A DNA stretch of 64,000 bases, from positions 1 to 64,000 of the IMG/VR virus record IMGVR_UViG_3300008259_004750; one strand, given 5' to 3'. The notes under the pieces are model-generated. The model saw only the letters and a program-made list of their open reading frames with translations, was not told the DNA's origin and did not search any database. Source of the stretch: an uncultured virus (IMG/VR IMGVR_UViG_3300008259_004750). Lineage: Duplodnaviria > Heunggongvirae > Uroviricota > Caudoviricetes. Below are positions 8,814 through 19,667 of the stretch, in pieces. Numbering within the stretch: the stretch's first letter is position 1; every line of letters begins with the position of its first letter. The position numbers were made by a program, and so were the translations under genes.

Positions 8814-11189
8814 TTAACTTTCTTTTCTTATACCAGACTCGTAATGTTCAAACCTATTATGTTCAGTCGGACTAGCAAGTAATAGACCAAAATTAAGATT
8901 ACCCTTTTTAAGCTCTTGGAACATGTAACTCATCCAAGTTTGTTCATATGGATGAGCCCATTTAGTATCCAAAAACATTTTCTTACTACCTTCTTTTGAA
9001 ACCACTTGAGGCCAATTACAATAATAAATCTCTCCTGTCGCATAGGCTAAACCTTCATAAGATTTAATATTTTTATAGTTGACTTTTGGAGCATTAGGGT
9101 CAGTACCGATTTGAGGTAATTTAGAATAATTTGGCCAAAATTCTTCTCTTACTGATTGTGGTACATTATACCAAGACCATTGTGTTGAATTGTCCCCAAA
9201 AAATTCACTGAAATTAAATTTCAAGTAGTCAAAATTTTCATCACTGGCAATTTTTAGTGTTTTATCATATAATGATTTGATATATCTAGTGAACCCATTT
9301 CTACATGTACTATCCTGTCCTCCATAAAAAAACATATCATCCTCAAAGAAGAAATAATAATTTAATCCCGTCTCTTCAAAATGTTCCGCAATAAATTGTC
9401 TTCCTCCACATATTCCTAAATTTTCTTTTTTAATATGTTCAAAACCATATCTTTCACAAAGTTCTTTATATCTTGGTGTGGTTGATAAGTCAGTGGAATT
9501 ATCTAAAAGATATTTTGCTGGTTTATTTATAAAATCCGCATCATATAACAACATAGAATCAATTAGTGTTTCAAATTGTTTTGGACTATTAAAACCAATC
9601 ACATACAATGCTGTCTTTTTTATGTCCTTTATAGGCTCTCCATTAGGACGAGTATGTTTACTTTTAACTTCTAAGGTTTCATTCTTTAAACCCTCAAAGA
9701 ATTTCCCCATTAAACCATTATCGTCAATTTCAAAATAGTTAATTAAACTAGCGTATTTGTATAATATTATGGAAAACACGGATTCTTCGGTACCCATAAA
9801 TCCATCATTTAACGTATTGATTAATGTGGAGTAATAAATTGAGTTAATTTCTGATATAGTATTTTTAGGACCACCAAAAAAACCACCTCTTGCAACTAAA
9901 TCAACATTTGAATTTGCATAATCATTAATCTTTGGATATGAGAATCCGTGAATTTCACTTGTGGCTTTGTATGGAAAACATACGAATGAAAATTTATCAA
10001 AATATTTTCTTAATTTATTTTGAACTTTGTCGTGAGTAAAATAACCAGGATGTATTGTATTTGTTATACCCGCGTCAATCCAATACATTTCATCTGAATT
10101 AAACTTATCTAAAATTTTCGCATCATGTAATAAAAACATTTTAGACATAACCAAAGGATTATACAACTCTAGTTTGGCTTGAGTCGATTCAGACAACCAT
10201 CCTGATTGATTTAACCAATTTGGATTTTTTCTAATTTCTTGTATTTTTTCAAATGGGACCGCAGATTTTAACCATTCGGTACCTCTTCTAATAAACTGAG
10301 TGTTTTTGTCGTCCCTTCTTTCTTTTACAAACTTTTCTAGTGATTCGTCACCATATATAATTAAATTAACATCCGCCTTTAACAATTCAGAAAATTTTGT
10401 TAAATAATGGTCATAACTTCTAGACCAACCATCAGCTAATGAATCTCTTTTTATATCCCAAAGACCAGTGACTAAAGTAACCACAGATTTAATTGATTCA
10501 TCATCACTTGAATCTGCGCTTTTAACAACATCATCATCAGTTTTTACAACTAATTCGGGAGCGACTTTCATCTTACAAACCCAAACTATTGATTGAAAAA
10601 TATCATTTCTATAATCAACTAAATTATTTCTCTTACAAGGTTCTAATATATCATTTTCAGTTAGTTCACACCAATTCCAAATTTTACCATTTATATTTTG
10701 TTCAAAATATTCTTGATTGATTGAGTAATCATGACCTAAAATAAAATCATTTTCTTTTATATAATTTGATAACAAATTGAATTCACCTTTTTTATCACCG
10801 CCATCACATAAGACAACGGTCGTACCATCTGATTGAATAAAATCTATAATATATTGGGACACAGAATCATAACTTTGGGAGAAAACATTTTCAATTCTAA
10901 TGTCAATCCCATTATTTTTCATTTCTTCATACCAAGGATATTCGTTGATATCCAATGTTAGAATTTCACAATCAATGCCTAAATCTTTACATGATTGATT
11001 TAAGAATGATGTAAACCCACCTATAGAAGTTCCAATTTCTAAAATTCTTTTTGGTCTTATTTCTTTGAGAAAATAGAAAAAAACCTCGAACGCTTTATAG
11101 TTTTGTTGGGCACCCCAGTTACCATATGATGATACACTATCCCCACTTTCTAAATCACTTTTTTTTGTTATTTTGTCTATGTAAATCAT
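8814..11189 (-). CDS. Three-domain fusion: class I SAM methyltransferase + HtrL/WlaTC-like glycosyltransferase + GT-A (GT2-like) domain
   Basis: ILEIGTSIGG...LCDGGDK...HDY; VTLVTGLWDIKR...YWIDAG...GGFFGG...TEES; FFEDDM. Confidence 0.7.
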   Translation of the reverse strand: MIYIDKITKKSDLESGDSVSSYGNWGAQQNYKAFEVFFYFLKEIRPKRILEIGTSIGGFTSFLNQSCKDLGIDCEILTLDINEYPWYEEMKNNGIDIRIENVFSQSYDSVSQYIIDFIQSDGTTVVLCDGGDKKGEFNLLSNYIKENDFILGHDYSINQEYFEQNINGKIWNWCELTENDILEPCKRNNLVDYRNDIFQSIVWVCKMKVAPELVVKTDDDVVKSADSSDDESIKSVVTLVTGLWDIKRDSLADGWSRSYDHYLTKFSELLKADVNLIIYGDESLEKFVKERRDDKNTQFIRRGTEWLKSAVPFEKIQEIRKNPNWLNQSGWLSESTQAKLELYNPLVMSKMFLLHDAKILDKFNSDEMYWIDAGITNTIHPGYFTHDKVQNKLRKYFDKFSFVCFPYKATSEIHGFSYPKINDYANSNVDLVARGGFFGGPKNTISEINSIYYSTLINTLNDGFMGTEESVFSIILYKYASLINYFEIDDNGLMGKFFEGLKNETLEVKSKHTRPNGEPIKDIKKTALYVIGFNSPKQFETLIDSMLLYDADFINKPAKYLLDNSTDLSTTPRYKELCERYGFEHIKKENLGICGGRQFIAEHFEETGLNYYFFFEDDMFFYGGQDSTCRNGFTRYIKSLYDKTLKIASDENFDYLKFNFSEFFGDNSTQWSWYNVPQSVREEFWPNYSKLPQIGTDPNAPKVNYKNIKSYEGLAYATGEIYYCNWPQVVSKEGSKKMFLDTKWAHPYEQTWMSYMFQELKKGNLNFGLLLASPTEHNRFEHYESGIRKES

Positions 11190-11213
11190 AATTAGATAAA
11201 ATTAATTAAATGT

Positions 11214-12161
11214 TTAAATGCTATTTTTTGAATAATTTATTAAATCATTCCACGCGGTGTAGAATGGTTTTGGTTCACCCCAAGATTCTTCCCAATCCTC
11301 AAAATGAAATTTATCATGTTCACAACAATAAAAGGATGTGAATGTGAATAATTTAACCTCACTTTTGTCCATCATGTCCAAAATAGGTTTCATAATCGAC
11401 TCTTCTGTACATAATATTTTTGAATCCAATACTTTTTTAGCAAACTCCCAAAATAAATTAACATATTTTTTTAACTGTATAACATCACCACCAATCAATG
11501 CACCAACGGGATATGGAGTTTCAAATGGTGTGTTAGTTAAACCTAACGAATAAAATGGATAACTTATTTGTGGCCCATACGAAGTTATCAACGTAATTTT
11601 ACCATTAATCGCATTTGATAAATTTGTTAAGGTTTCAGTGTTAAAAAAATGTTTATAATTATAAACATCTAAATTAGCCCACCAACTACCTAAAGCTCTG
11701 GAATCTTTGTGGTCCTCAACCTTGTTAAACACTTTAGAGTATCTCCAAGTAAAAATACCAGGATGTTGTAGTCCCACATCCAACCAAAATAATTTATCAC
11801 AACTATCTAATTCTCTTTCTATCACATCAAATTTGCCCCACATAATTTCTGCCCCCCTACCATCTAAATCTCTTTGGTATCGGTCAACATCACTATTAAC
11901 AATTTCTTGTATTTCTTTGTGATATTTTACATCAGATAATTCAAGTAATTTAATCTCTAAATTATCTAAATTATATTTTTCTTTTATATTCTGTAGTTCG
12001 GGTAAGCTTTTGTTGTGTGTATAACAGATTATTGGTAAGTTAATATTTTGACAATATGCAATTAATGAGCCTAAATATCTTTCTTTTCTTCCTGAATTTG
12101 AACCTAAAAATGGTAGTCCGTTAGCGTCCATCCAGTAGGCTGTAACTATTTTTGTTTTCAT
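11214..12161 (-). CDS. HtrL/WlaTC-like glycosyltransferase
   Basis: KIVTAYW...FWLDVGL...GALIGG...TEESIM parallels the middle domain of 8814-11189. Confidence 0.55.
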   Translation of the reverse strand: MKTKIVTAYWMDANGLPFLGSNSGRKERYLGSLIAYCQNINLPIICYTHNKSLPELQNIKEKYNLDNLEIKLLELSDVKYHKEIQEIVNSDVDRYQRDLDGRGAEIMWGKFDVIERELDSCDKLFWLDVGLQHPGIFTWRYSKVFNKVEDHKDSRALGSWWANLDVYNYKHFFNTETLTNLSNAINGKITLITSYGPQISYPFYSLGLTNTPFETPYPVGALIGGDVIQLKKYVNLFWEFAKKVLDSKILCTEESIMKPILDMMDKSEVKLFTFTSFYCCEHDKFHFEDWEESWGEPKPFYTAWNDLINYSKNSI

Positions 12162-12164
12162 TGT

Positions 12165-12884
12165 TTAAATAATACCTCGTTTATGTTTATCAATGTTATA
12201 TTTGTTTAATAAATTTTCTAATATATTACCATACTGACTTAAATTCCATTTACCCCCGACTAAAGCCGTTGCGGTATATGGGTATATTTTAGAATTAAAA
12301 TGACCTCCAATTTTTTCAGATTTTAAATTAGTACAAAGACCTATTCCGCTTAAATTCGCAAGATATATTGAATTTTTAGGTTCATCAGTTATGTATTTAG
12401 TCTTTGAGGATTTAAACATTTCAACAAGTGAGTTTTTTTTCCATATTGTTATTTGTGTACTAAAAAAATATTCAGAATTTTTATCTAATATTATAAAACT
12501 ATCGTTATAATTTTTTTCTTCACCTAACAAACCCGAACAAATTAATCTAATGAAATTAACATCTTTATCATTATCCAAAACATTGATACATTCATTTAAT
12601 AAATTAAAATCAACATAATCGTATAAAATATAATCTTCTTGGGAGTAAATTAAATATTCGGTTTCAATTTTAGATAACCCTAATAACATTTGTTCATAGT
12701 AGTTAGTTTTATCATCGTAAATTATTTGATTTACTTTTTCTTTTTTAAATGACTCATTGGTAAGTACGTAATGATTGACCCCGACAAAAAATTTTTTTAT
12801 TGAATCAAAATATATGTCATGAATATCAAAACAATTAGAGTGAGTATACGTCAACAAACTAATTTTTCCAAAATTAAGACTCAT
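12165..12884 (-). CDS. Putative GT-A fold glycosyltransferase
   Basis: YLIYSQEDY DxD-like motif; located in the glycan operon. Confidence 0.5.
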   Translation of the reverse strand: MSLNFGKISLLTYTHSNCFDIHDIYFDSIKKFFVGVNHYVLTNESFKKEKVNQIIYDDKTNYYEQMLLGLSKIETEYLIYSQEDYILYDYVDFNLLNECINVLDNDKDVNFIRLICSGLLGEEKNYNDSFIILDKNSEYFFSTQITIWKKNSLVEMFKSSKTKYITDEPKNSIYLANLSGIGLCTNLKSEKIGGHFNSKIYPYTATALVGGKWNLSQYGNILENLLNKYNIDKHKRGII

Positions 12885-13749
12885 GATTAAATAATTCTGA
12901 ATAATCTTTTTTATGTGTATTGTTTAATACACCGTAAGTTACAAAATTTGAAAGAAACGGGCTTATGGATAATATTTTTTCTGAGTACTTTATCATAACC
13001 ATTTCCGCCAAAATCTCCTGTGAATGTCTTATAAAAATATCTTCAGAGAATTTTGGTTTTGTGTATATGTCATAACATGGATATAATTCCAACTCATTAT
13101 AAGTAAAATTAAACGTGATAACATTTGAATGTTTATTCTTTAGTAAATCTCTAATTAATTTTCCATTTGAGCAAACCAAAATATTTTTGTCTTTATGTTC
13201 GTTAATAAAATTTTCAAATCTACCTATTCTACCGTTAACATATTCTTCGGAATTTCCAAGACCGTCCATTGCTCTATAATGTAGTGTAACTATATTACTA
13301 AAGTTCCCTATAAAACTATCCGCAATATTTTTTACATCTAAACTAATAATATCCATATTACATGTTGGTCTTTTTGATAACTTATTAATCTCAGTGTGAC
13401 CAAAAATATAACTTTGGTATTCATATAGTTCCGGAATAATCGAATCTACGTATATTGAATAAGAATTTTGGTCTTGTTTTAATTTATTTAATTTTAAATT
13501 TTGGATTACAGGATTACCTTCATTATCTAAAGGAATATTATAAATAACTTTATTTTTAAACCCACTAAAATCAAACAAACAATCAAGTTCTAAATGTTCG
13601 GGTAAATAATTATTTCTAGTCGTGTTTATAATTAAAAAGGTATTGTACCCAAAATTCTCAAGTTCTATTGACGATTGTAAGGCCGACATAATAGTCGTAT
13701 AAGTGTCACCTAAACCTGAAACAAAATTAATATATAAGTAAGCGTTCAT
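12874..13749 (-). CDS. Fucosyltransferase-like GT-B protein (GT11/GT23/O-FucT-like)
   Basis: N-terminal SGLGD, LHYRAMD (HxRxxD), ILVCSN, C-terminal E...S...SNF. Confidence 0.6.
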   Translation of the reverse strand: MNAYLYINFVSGLGDTYTTIMSALQSSIELENFGYNTFLIINTTRNNYLPEHLELDCLFDFSGFKNKVIYNIPLDNEGNPVIQNLKLNKLKQDQNSYSIYVDSIIPELYEYQSYIFGHTEINKLSKRPTCNMDIISLDVKNIADSFIGNFSNIVTLHYRAMDGLGNSEEYVNGRIGRFENFINEHKDKNILVCSNGKLIRDLLKNKHSNVITFNFTYNELELYPCYDIYTKPKFSEDIFIRHSQEILAEMVMIKYSEKILSISPFLSNFVTYGVLNNTHKKDYSELFNHES

Positions 13750-13752
13750 TTT

Positions 13753-14451
13753 TTAAAAATCCCCCCATTTACAAACTAATTGACTATAAGGACCACCAAA
13801 CATATAATATCTTTGAAAACTTTTTGCATTTGTCCAAAAATTAATTGTTGAGCCAATATCAATATAAGTGTTATTTTTATTATTTTCCCATAATTGATGA
13901 GATAACATATTACCAAACGGACCACAGGAAAATAAAAATAGTTTATTTTTTAAATTTTTACTTTTTATTTTTTCAATTAAATCGTAGTTTTTTTTCCAAG
14001 CCGAATCATTTACCGGATAAAACTCTTCGACTTTGAATGGTAGGTTATCTATATTTGATGTTTCATGAGCCACTAAATGTACATCCCATTCATTAAATTC
14101 AGGTATGAAGTATTCCTTGAAAAATTTATAATTACTATTAACAAATAAATTTGCAAAAGTAATGTTCTCATTTTTTTGATTTGAAAACTCGTACATTCTA
14201 TAATGTTCGTCTCCTTGGCAACAGGGGCAACTAATTCCAACATAATAATTGTCATCTTTAAAAGTAAAAGACTCAATCAATTTTTGCCTATAAAATTCGT
14301 CCTCATTTGGCAAATATTCAAACTCACTATTATTTATTTGCCTCCCCTTAATCATCTCCCATTCCCCATCGGCGAACTTACTAAAAGAAAAAAAATCTTT
14401 ATTTTTTAACTTACTATAAATTTTTTTTATTTCTTCTTCAAAATATTTCAT
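13753..14451 (-). CDS. GT-D fold (DUF1792-like) glycosyltransferase
   Basis: FSFSKFADGE, LFSCGPFG and IDIGS motifs. Confidence 0.6.
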   Translation of the reverse strand: MKYFEEEIKKIYSKLKNKDFFSFSKFADGEWEMIKGRQINNSEFEYLPNEDEFYRQKLIESFTFKDDNYYVGISCPCCQGDEHYRMYEFSNQKNENITFANLFVNSNYKFFKEYFIPEFNEWDVHLVAHETSNIDNLPFKVEEFYPVNDSAWKKNYDLIEKIKSKNLKNKLFLFSCGPFGNMLSHQLWENNKNNTYIDIGSTINFWTNAKSFQRYYMFGGPYSQLVCKWGDF

Positions 14452-15055
14452 ACTCAGGATTAAACAATTTTATAGTGTGTTTTGACGTTCCGCTGTTTTC
14501 AACAACTTCAAAAAAATTAATATTTTTCACTTCATTATAAAATGACTCATGAACATAAACATCATCCTGTCCGTGTAAATTACCGAGAAAAATATAATTT
14601 TTTGATTTTAAATAATCTCTGGTTATTTTTTTTCTATCTTCACCACCTTCCCTACCTTCATCAATTTCAAAACATATGAAATTAAATTTATAATCATCAA
14701 ATGGTATTTTATACAAACATTCAAAAGTTATTTGTGGTGGTTCCAAATCCATAGTAAGAAAATCAACAGTGCCATTGATTGATAATTTACTTAATATATC
14801 ATTATAATTTAAAGTTAAAGCGTCCGATAGAATTCGTTCAGTCTTTCTACAATCCTCCCACTTAGTACCGTCATCCTCGATATAATTTTCTAAATCAATA
14901 GAAATACCATTCCAATTAAGATTATTTTCCAATAGATACGTATTATTTATTTTTTTGGGGTATCCGCAACCTATATCTAAAAAAGTACCATTTAATTTGT
15001 GATTAAAATACGTACTAACAATTATGTCTTGACCTATTTGTGAAAATTTTTCCAT
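14438..15055 (-). CDS. FkbM-like (Methyltransf_21) SAM methyltransferase
   Basis: SQIGQD, FLDIGCG, NNTYLLE, WNGISID, DFLTMDLE. Confidence 0.75.
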   Translation of the reverse strand: MEKFSQIGQDIIVSTYFNHKLNGTFLDIGCGYPKKINNTYLLENNLNWNGISIDLENYIEDDGTKWEDCRKTERILSDALTLNYNDILSKLSINGTVDFLTMDLEPPQITFECLYKIPFDDYKFNFICFEIDEGREGGEDRKKITRDYLKSKNYIFLGNLHGQDDVYVHESFYNEVKNINFFEVVENSGTSKHTIKLFNPEYEIF

Positions 15056-16056
15056 TATAAATATTTTTTTATAACATTAATAATTTTATCCGAACTATAT
15101 CCGTCTCCGTATGGTGAAATATAATTTATTTTACAATTTTTTATATGGTAATTGAATTCTTTTGTCAAATCTTTTGGTGTTGGTATTAAAAAAGAACTAA
15201 AATTTAAACTCTCTTGTCTTTCAGTTGTTTTTCTACAGACCAAACATTTTTTATTTAAAAATGAACATTCTTCTTGTAATCCTCCGCTATCAGTAATTAC
15301 CAAACTCGCCTCAAGTAATAATTTAATCATTTCCGAATGTTCCATTGGCTCAACAACTATAACCTTGTTAAAAATTTTTTTATGTTTTATAACATTAGGA
15401 TTTGGGTGTATCGGTAATATAAATTCATAATTCGGATATAGATTTGCCAAATTTTCTATTTCATAGAACCACTCGTCAATTATTTCATGATTTTCTCTTC
15501 TATGTAAAGTTATTAATATTTTTTTATTGTATACAGACTCGCTTTTTAAATTAACTAAATTATCTAATGCGGTGTTACCGACGACAAAAACATTCTCACT
15601 TATGTTTTCTTTAATCAAATTATTTTCATTTTCTTTTGTGGGACATAAATGAATATCAGCAATTTGAGATATTAATTTTCTATTGTACTCTTCAGGATAT
15701 GGATTTTTTATATCGTATGACCTAAGTCCCGCTTCCAAATGAATTACTTTTATACCCCTATGCATACAAGATAAGGAAATCCCAAGAGCTGAGGTTGTAT
15801 CTCCTTGTACGATTGCCATTTTTACGTTATTGAACACCTCCTCATCAATTGACAAACATGAGTTAAGAATATTGTCTAACCTATTTTCTGTGATTTTTTT
15901 AACTGTTAGTTTAAAATCCCAGTTATTATTATTTATTAGGTTTTCATGTTGTCCTGTAAAAAGTATTCTGTAAAGTATATTTTTTTCAGATAATTTTTTT
16001 ATTATCGGCTCTATTTTAATATACTCGGGTCTAGTTCCGTATGAGAGCAAAATCAT
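15055..16056 (-). CDS. wecB: UDP-N-acetylglucosamine 2-epimerase (non-hydrolysing)
   Basis: GTRPEYIK, TGQH, VQGDTTS, HLEAGLRS, PEEYNR, TLHRREN, TDSGGLQEE, TERQE, YGDG. Confidence 0.92.
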   Translation of the reverse strand: MILLSYGTRPEYIKIEPIIKKLSEKNILYRILFTGQHENLINNNNWDFKLTVKKITENRLDNILNSCLSIDEEVFNNVKMAIVQGDTTSALGISLSCMHRGIKVIHLEAGLRSYDIKNPYPEEYNRKLISQIADIHLCPTKENENNLIKENISENVFVVGNTALDNLVNLKSESVYNKKILITLHRRENHEIIDEWFYEIENLANLYPNYEFILPIHPNPNVIKHKKIFNKVIVVEPMEHSEMIKLLLEASLVITDSGGLQEECSFLNKKCLVCRKTTERQESLNFSSFLIPTPKDLTKEFNYHIKNCKINYISPYGDGYSSDKIINVIKKYL

Positions 16057-17420
16057 TTTAATTTGTATAGTAAAATTTGATGAGCATTGTCAAAAAATTC
16101 TTCTTTACCATTAATAAGCGAATGAGTTTTTTTTATATATTCACATAGTGAGTAAAACTTGTCCGAACCCATTTGATTATGTAATTCCATACCGATGTAT
16201 TTTATTCTACTTAAATCTTTACCGTATAAAAATTCGTATTCTGAATTCTCACAATCAATTTTCATGTAGTCAATAACGCCTTCAATTTTTTCGTATAAAC
16301 TTTCTAAAGAAATAGAAGTTACAAAATTTACTATCTCATCCGTCCAATCTTGATTAATACTACCTCCCTTTACCCCAACTGACCCTGAATCTTTATTAGA
16401 ATGATTAACTAAGGTCAATTCTTCATCATCTTTATTCCAAACCGCGTAATTAAAACCAACTATATGGTCATAATCTTTAAATTTATTGGCAACATTTTCA
16501 TACAAACTTTTTTGTGGTTCTATGAAATATATTTTACTAAAATATTCTTTATAAACTTCAGTAAACGAGCCGCAATTAGCTCCGATATCGACACAGACCC
16601 CTCCTTTAACATCTTCCGGAACTGTATATTGATGTATAAAATTAATGTGTTGATTGTTTACAAAAGATTGCGGATATGTTAAAATCGGTTTTACGTAATT
16701 TCCTGACCTTAAAATTTTCCATCCTGATAAAATTAATTTACTGTAAAAATGTTGCATTTCTCCAATACTTAATTCAGAACTCGCCTTTATTGTCCCATAT
16801 TGCCAACCTTTCAGGCTACCCCATAATTCTCTCTGATTTATTGGATGAGGGGGTACATAAGTATTAATATCTAAATATTTTTTTAAGGTATAAGAAAAAA
16901 ACATGTCTTCTCCCACTCTATGAAAATTATGTCCTTGTGGTGGTAGTTCTCTAAACATTACCCATAACCATTCTCGTTTAAAAAACCAAGCGTGTCCTAC
17001 AATATCAACTTGTACTGTTTCTGTATTAGGATTATCCCATCCATATACATCATGATAATGATAAGAAGTATCATCTCTATACACCAACCCTTTAGTACCT
17101 AATAAACCTTCGTGAGTTTTCATTGTCTCAACACAATTCTCTAACCATTTTACTCCAGGTATGGTATCATCATCAAATATACAAATATATTCTGTATTAG
17201 CATTTAAAGCAAATGCAAATCTAGCCCAAACACCAAAATTTTTATTACTCGTTACTGTTGTAATTTTATCTGTTAAATTTTTATCAAAACCCTCACTATT
17301 GTTTAACCATAACAATATTTCTTTAGGTTTTATTGTTTGATTGTTTATGGCATCTATTTGCTCTGATAAATTTTCGGGTCTATTAAAACCATTTAATATT
17401 ACTGTAACTTCTCCTTTCAT
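16053..17420 (-). CDS. GT-A glycosyltransferase fused to an FkbM methyltransferase
   Basis: CIFDDDTIPG and GEDM; C-terminal VDIGANCG...EP...MKIDCENSE. Confidence 0.75.
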   Translation of the reverse strand: MKGEVTVILNGFNRPENLSEQIDAINNQTIKPKEILLWLNNSEGFDKNLTDKITTVTSNKNFGVWARFAFALNANTEYICIFDDDTIPGVKWLENCVETMKTHEGLLGTKGLVYRDDTSYHYHDVYGWDNPNTETVQVDIVGHAWFFKREWLWVMFRELPPQGHNFHRVGEDMFFSYTLKKYLDINTYVPPHPINQRELWGSLKGWQYGTIKASSELSIGEMQHFYSKLILSGWKILRSGNYVKPILTYPQSFVNNQHINFIHQYTVPEDVKGGVCVDIGANCGSFTEVYKEYFSKIYFIEPQKSLYENVANKFKDYDHIVGFNYAVWNKDDEELTLVNHSNKDSGSVGVKGGSINQDWTDEIVNFVTSISLESLYEKIEGVIDYMKIDCENSEYEFLYGKDLSRIKYIGMELHNQMGSDKFYSLCEYIKKTHSLINGKEEFFDNAHQILLYKLK

Positions 17421-17423
17421 TTT

Positions 17424-19655
17424 TTAAAATCTAATATATTTAATATCGTTGTATTTAGGGTAAAAATAAAAACAATTACTGAGTATTGGGAATAAGTTAT
17501 AATTCCATTTCATTCCCGCCTCTAACGCCGACACCCCAATCTCAAATCCATCTGGATAATTCCTAATATTATTTGCAATTGTATACCATAACATTTGTTC
17601 CCATTTTTGTTCAAACAAAATTAATTTCCAGTTATTTTTGAATACTAAAAATTGTTCATTAGTTACGTGAGCATTGTCCCAAAGTGGATTATCTAAACAT
17701 TCGTAGTCATAGAACTTATCGGCATAAAATGTTTGACTAGGGTTCACTCTACCGTCACCTATTCTGGCAGGCCTCTCAAAAGCAAAATCAATATCACTAG
17801 CCTCCATATTTTCAAACAACCTAAAGAATTTTTCCTCATCAAATCCATCGTGAATACCCCAATCACCATCAATATAAATTAAGTAATCAAAATTCTGTTT
17901 TAATTTCAAACAAGATTTTATTGATATTACTTTTAAATTTAAATTAAAAATAAATCCAGTTCCGTCCATTTCTAATGGAAAATCAATTCTAAAATTAAAA
18001 TCTTCTAAAGTATTTAAATTTATTTTAGGATATCTTTCTTTAAACTCATCATAAGTTAAACCAGTATGTTCTTCTAATCTACTTAAGTCGTTTCTTGTTG
18101 CTGTAATATTTAAAGTACAATTTTTAGTTCTATCATGTAATTGTGTATAAAAATCCAAACTCTTTTCAAAATAAGGTTCGTTTATTGCCAATGTTGTGAT
18201 AAAATATTTATAAGTTTTTTTAAAATTATTTGGTAAATTTAACTCAGATATAAATTCTAAACATTTAACTCCACTTGGTACGGTTGGTTTATCAAATTCA
18301 TCAAGTTGCATACCAATAAAAAAATCTTTATCATCTCTTGGGATATACGTCTCAAGTTTATCAAATCCAAAATATAAAATATGGTCAGGATTTTTATCTA
18401 ACATATACTTTTCTAAAATATCTTGGTCAGTACCCCAAACCAAATTATTTAAAGAGATATATTCATTAAAATGATTTTCAAAAGATTCTAATTTTCTTCT
18501 TATACCAAACAATCCGCTTGGGTATGGAGAATGCCAAGGATGGTCTCTAATTACAAAATAATCTTTGTCACTGTTTTCCCATTTTCTAATGTAATCAACC
18601 TCTCGTTTTGATAAACGACTATCTAAATCCCTTGAAAGAGAAATTGAATTTTTTAGAAAAGATAAAAATCTCCAAAAGAATGGAAAATCTAATGATGGTC
18701 TACCTCCAATTGTGATATCAGAAACGTCGACCATTATCGCTCCAAGTTCTGATAATTTTTTTAGGTACCCCTCCCTAAAATTTTTAGGATGATAATATAT
18801 AACAGTGTCCCAATCGGGTAGTAACTTATTATTAATTATTATATTTTTTTCGGCGCCTACGTAATATTTTAAATCAGTTCCGAATAAACTATAAGAAATG
18901 TATTTACCATTATCAGTTACTTTTTTGTTAATTACAACTTCATTAATTCCTTCATCGATATTTGGCACATAATTTAAATTCCAAGCCAACAATCTATCTT
19001 TTTCGGTCTCGTATAAACACTTATAACCTAAATTTTGTAGTAATGATATAAGTTCTTCCCTAGTCGTAAATTTTATATCTTTTGGAGTTTCAGTTAACTT
19101 AGAATTTATAATATGATTTATTTGATTCATATCCCAGCACTCTGCAAAAAATATTTTAGGTTTATGAATATTAAGAATTTCTTTTATAATATCATTATCA
19201 TATCCTTGAGTGCTTATAAAGTATACATCAGGAGATTCTATATCATTTAGTTCTATAAACTTAGATATGGATACCGATTCAATTTTTGAGGGAACCCAAT
19301 TTTTTGTTTCGGGTTTATCATCATAATAAATACCCTTTAAAAAACTACTTTGGCAACCTACGGTATGAATATGAAAATATTCTGAATAGAATTTATCGGT
19401 AGGTATAATTGCAAAATTATGTAATTTACAATTTTTATATTTAACTCTATTAATCTGTAATTTTTTAAATACGTCAGTTACTGGCTCAATATAATGTCCG
19501 TAATCGTTTATATTAATAAATTTACTTGGTAAATCTTCAAATGATTCACAATCGTGAGAACCTATTTGAACAAAATTTAAATTATTTTTTTCATCTCTGA
19601 TTTTTTGAATCAAAGAAGACATTGTTAAAATTACAGTCTCAAAATTTGATTTCAT
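17424..19655 (-). CDS. Three-domain fusion: FkbM-like methyltransferase + two putative GT-A domains
   Basis: FVQIGSHD...IEP...TQGYD; ISYSLFG...FWRFL...RDLDSR...RDHPWH...DQ (paralog of 46978-47634); YIDGD. Confidence 0.65.
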   Translation of the reverse strand: MKSNFETVILTMSSLIQKIRDEKNNLNFVQIGSHDCESFEDLPSKFININDYGHYIEPVTDVFKKLQINRVKYKNCKLHNFAIIPTDKFYSEYFHIHTVGCQSSFLKGIYYDDKPETKNWVPSKIESVSISKFIELNDIESPDVYFISTQGYDNDIIKEILNIHKPKIFFAECWDMNQINHIINSKLTETPKDIKFTTREELISLLQNLGYKCLYETEKDRLLAWNLNYVPNIDEGINEVVINKKVTDNGKYISYSLFGTDLKYYVGAEKNIIINNKLLPDWDTVIYYHPKNFREGYLKKLSELGAIMVDVSDITIGGRPSLDFPFFWRFLSFLKNSISLSRDLDSRLSKREVDYIRKWENSDKDYFVIRDHPWHSPYPSGLFGIRRKLESFENHFNEYISLNNLVWGTDQDILEKYMLDKNPDHILYFGFDKLETYIPRDDKDFFIGMQLDEFDKPTVPSGVKCLEFISELNLPNNFKKTYKYFITTLAINEPYFEKSLDFYTQLHDRTKNCTLNITATRNDLSRLEEHTGLTYDEFKERYPKINLNTLEDFNFRIDFPLEMDGTGFIFNLNLKVISIKSCLKLKQNFDYLIYIDGDWGIHDGFDEEKFFRLFENMEASDIDFAFERPARIGDGRVNPSQTFYADKFYDYECLDNPLWDNAHVTNEQFLVFKNNWKLILFEQKWEQMLWYTIANNIRNYPDGFEIGVSALEAGMKWNYNLFPILSNCFYFYPKYNDIKYIRF

Positions 19656-19667
19656 AAAAGTTATATT

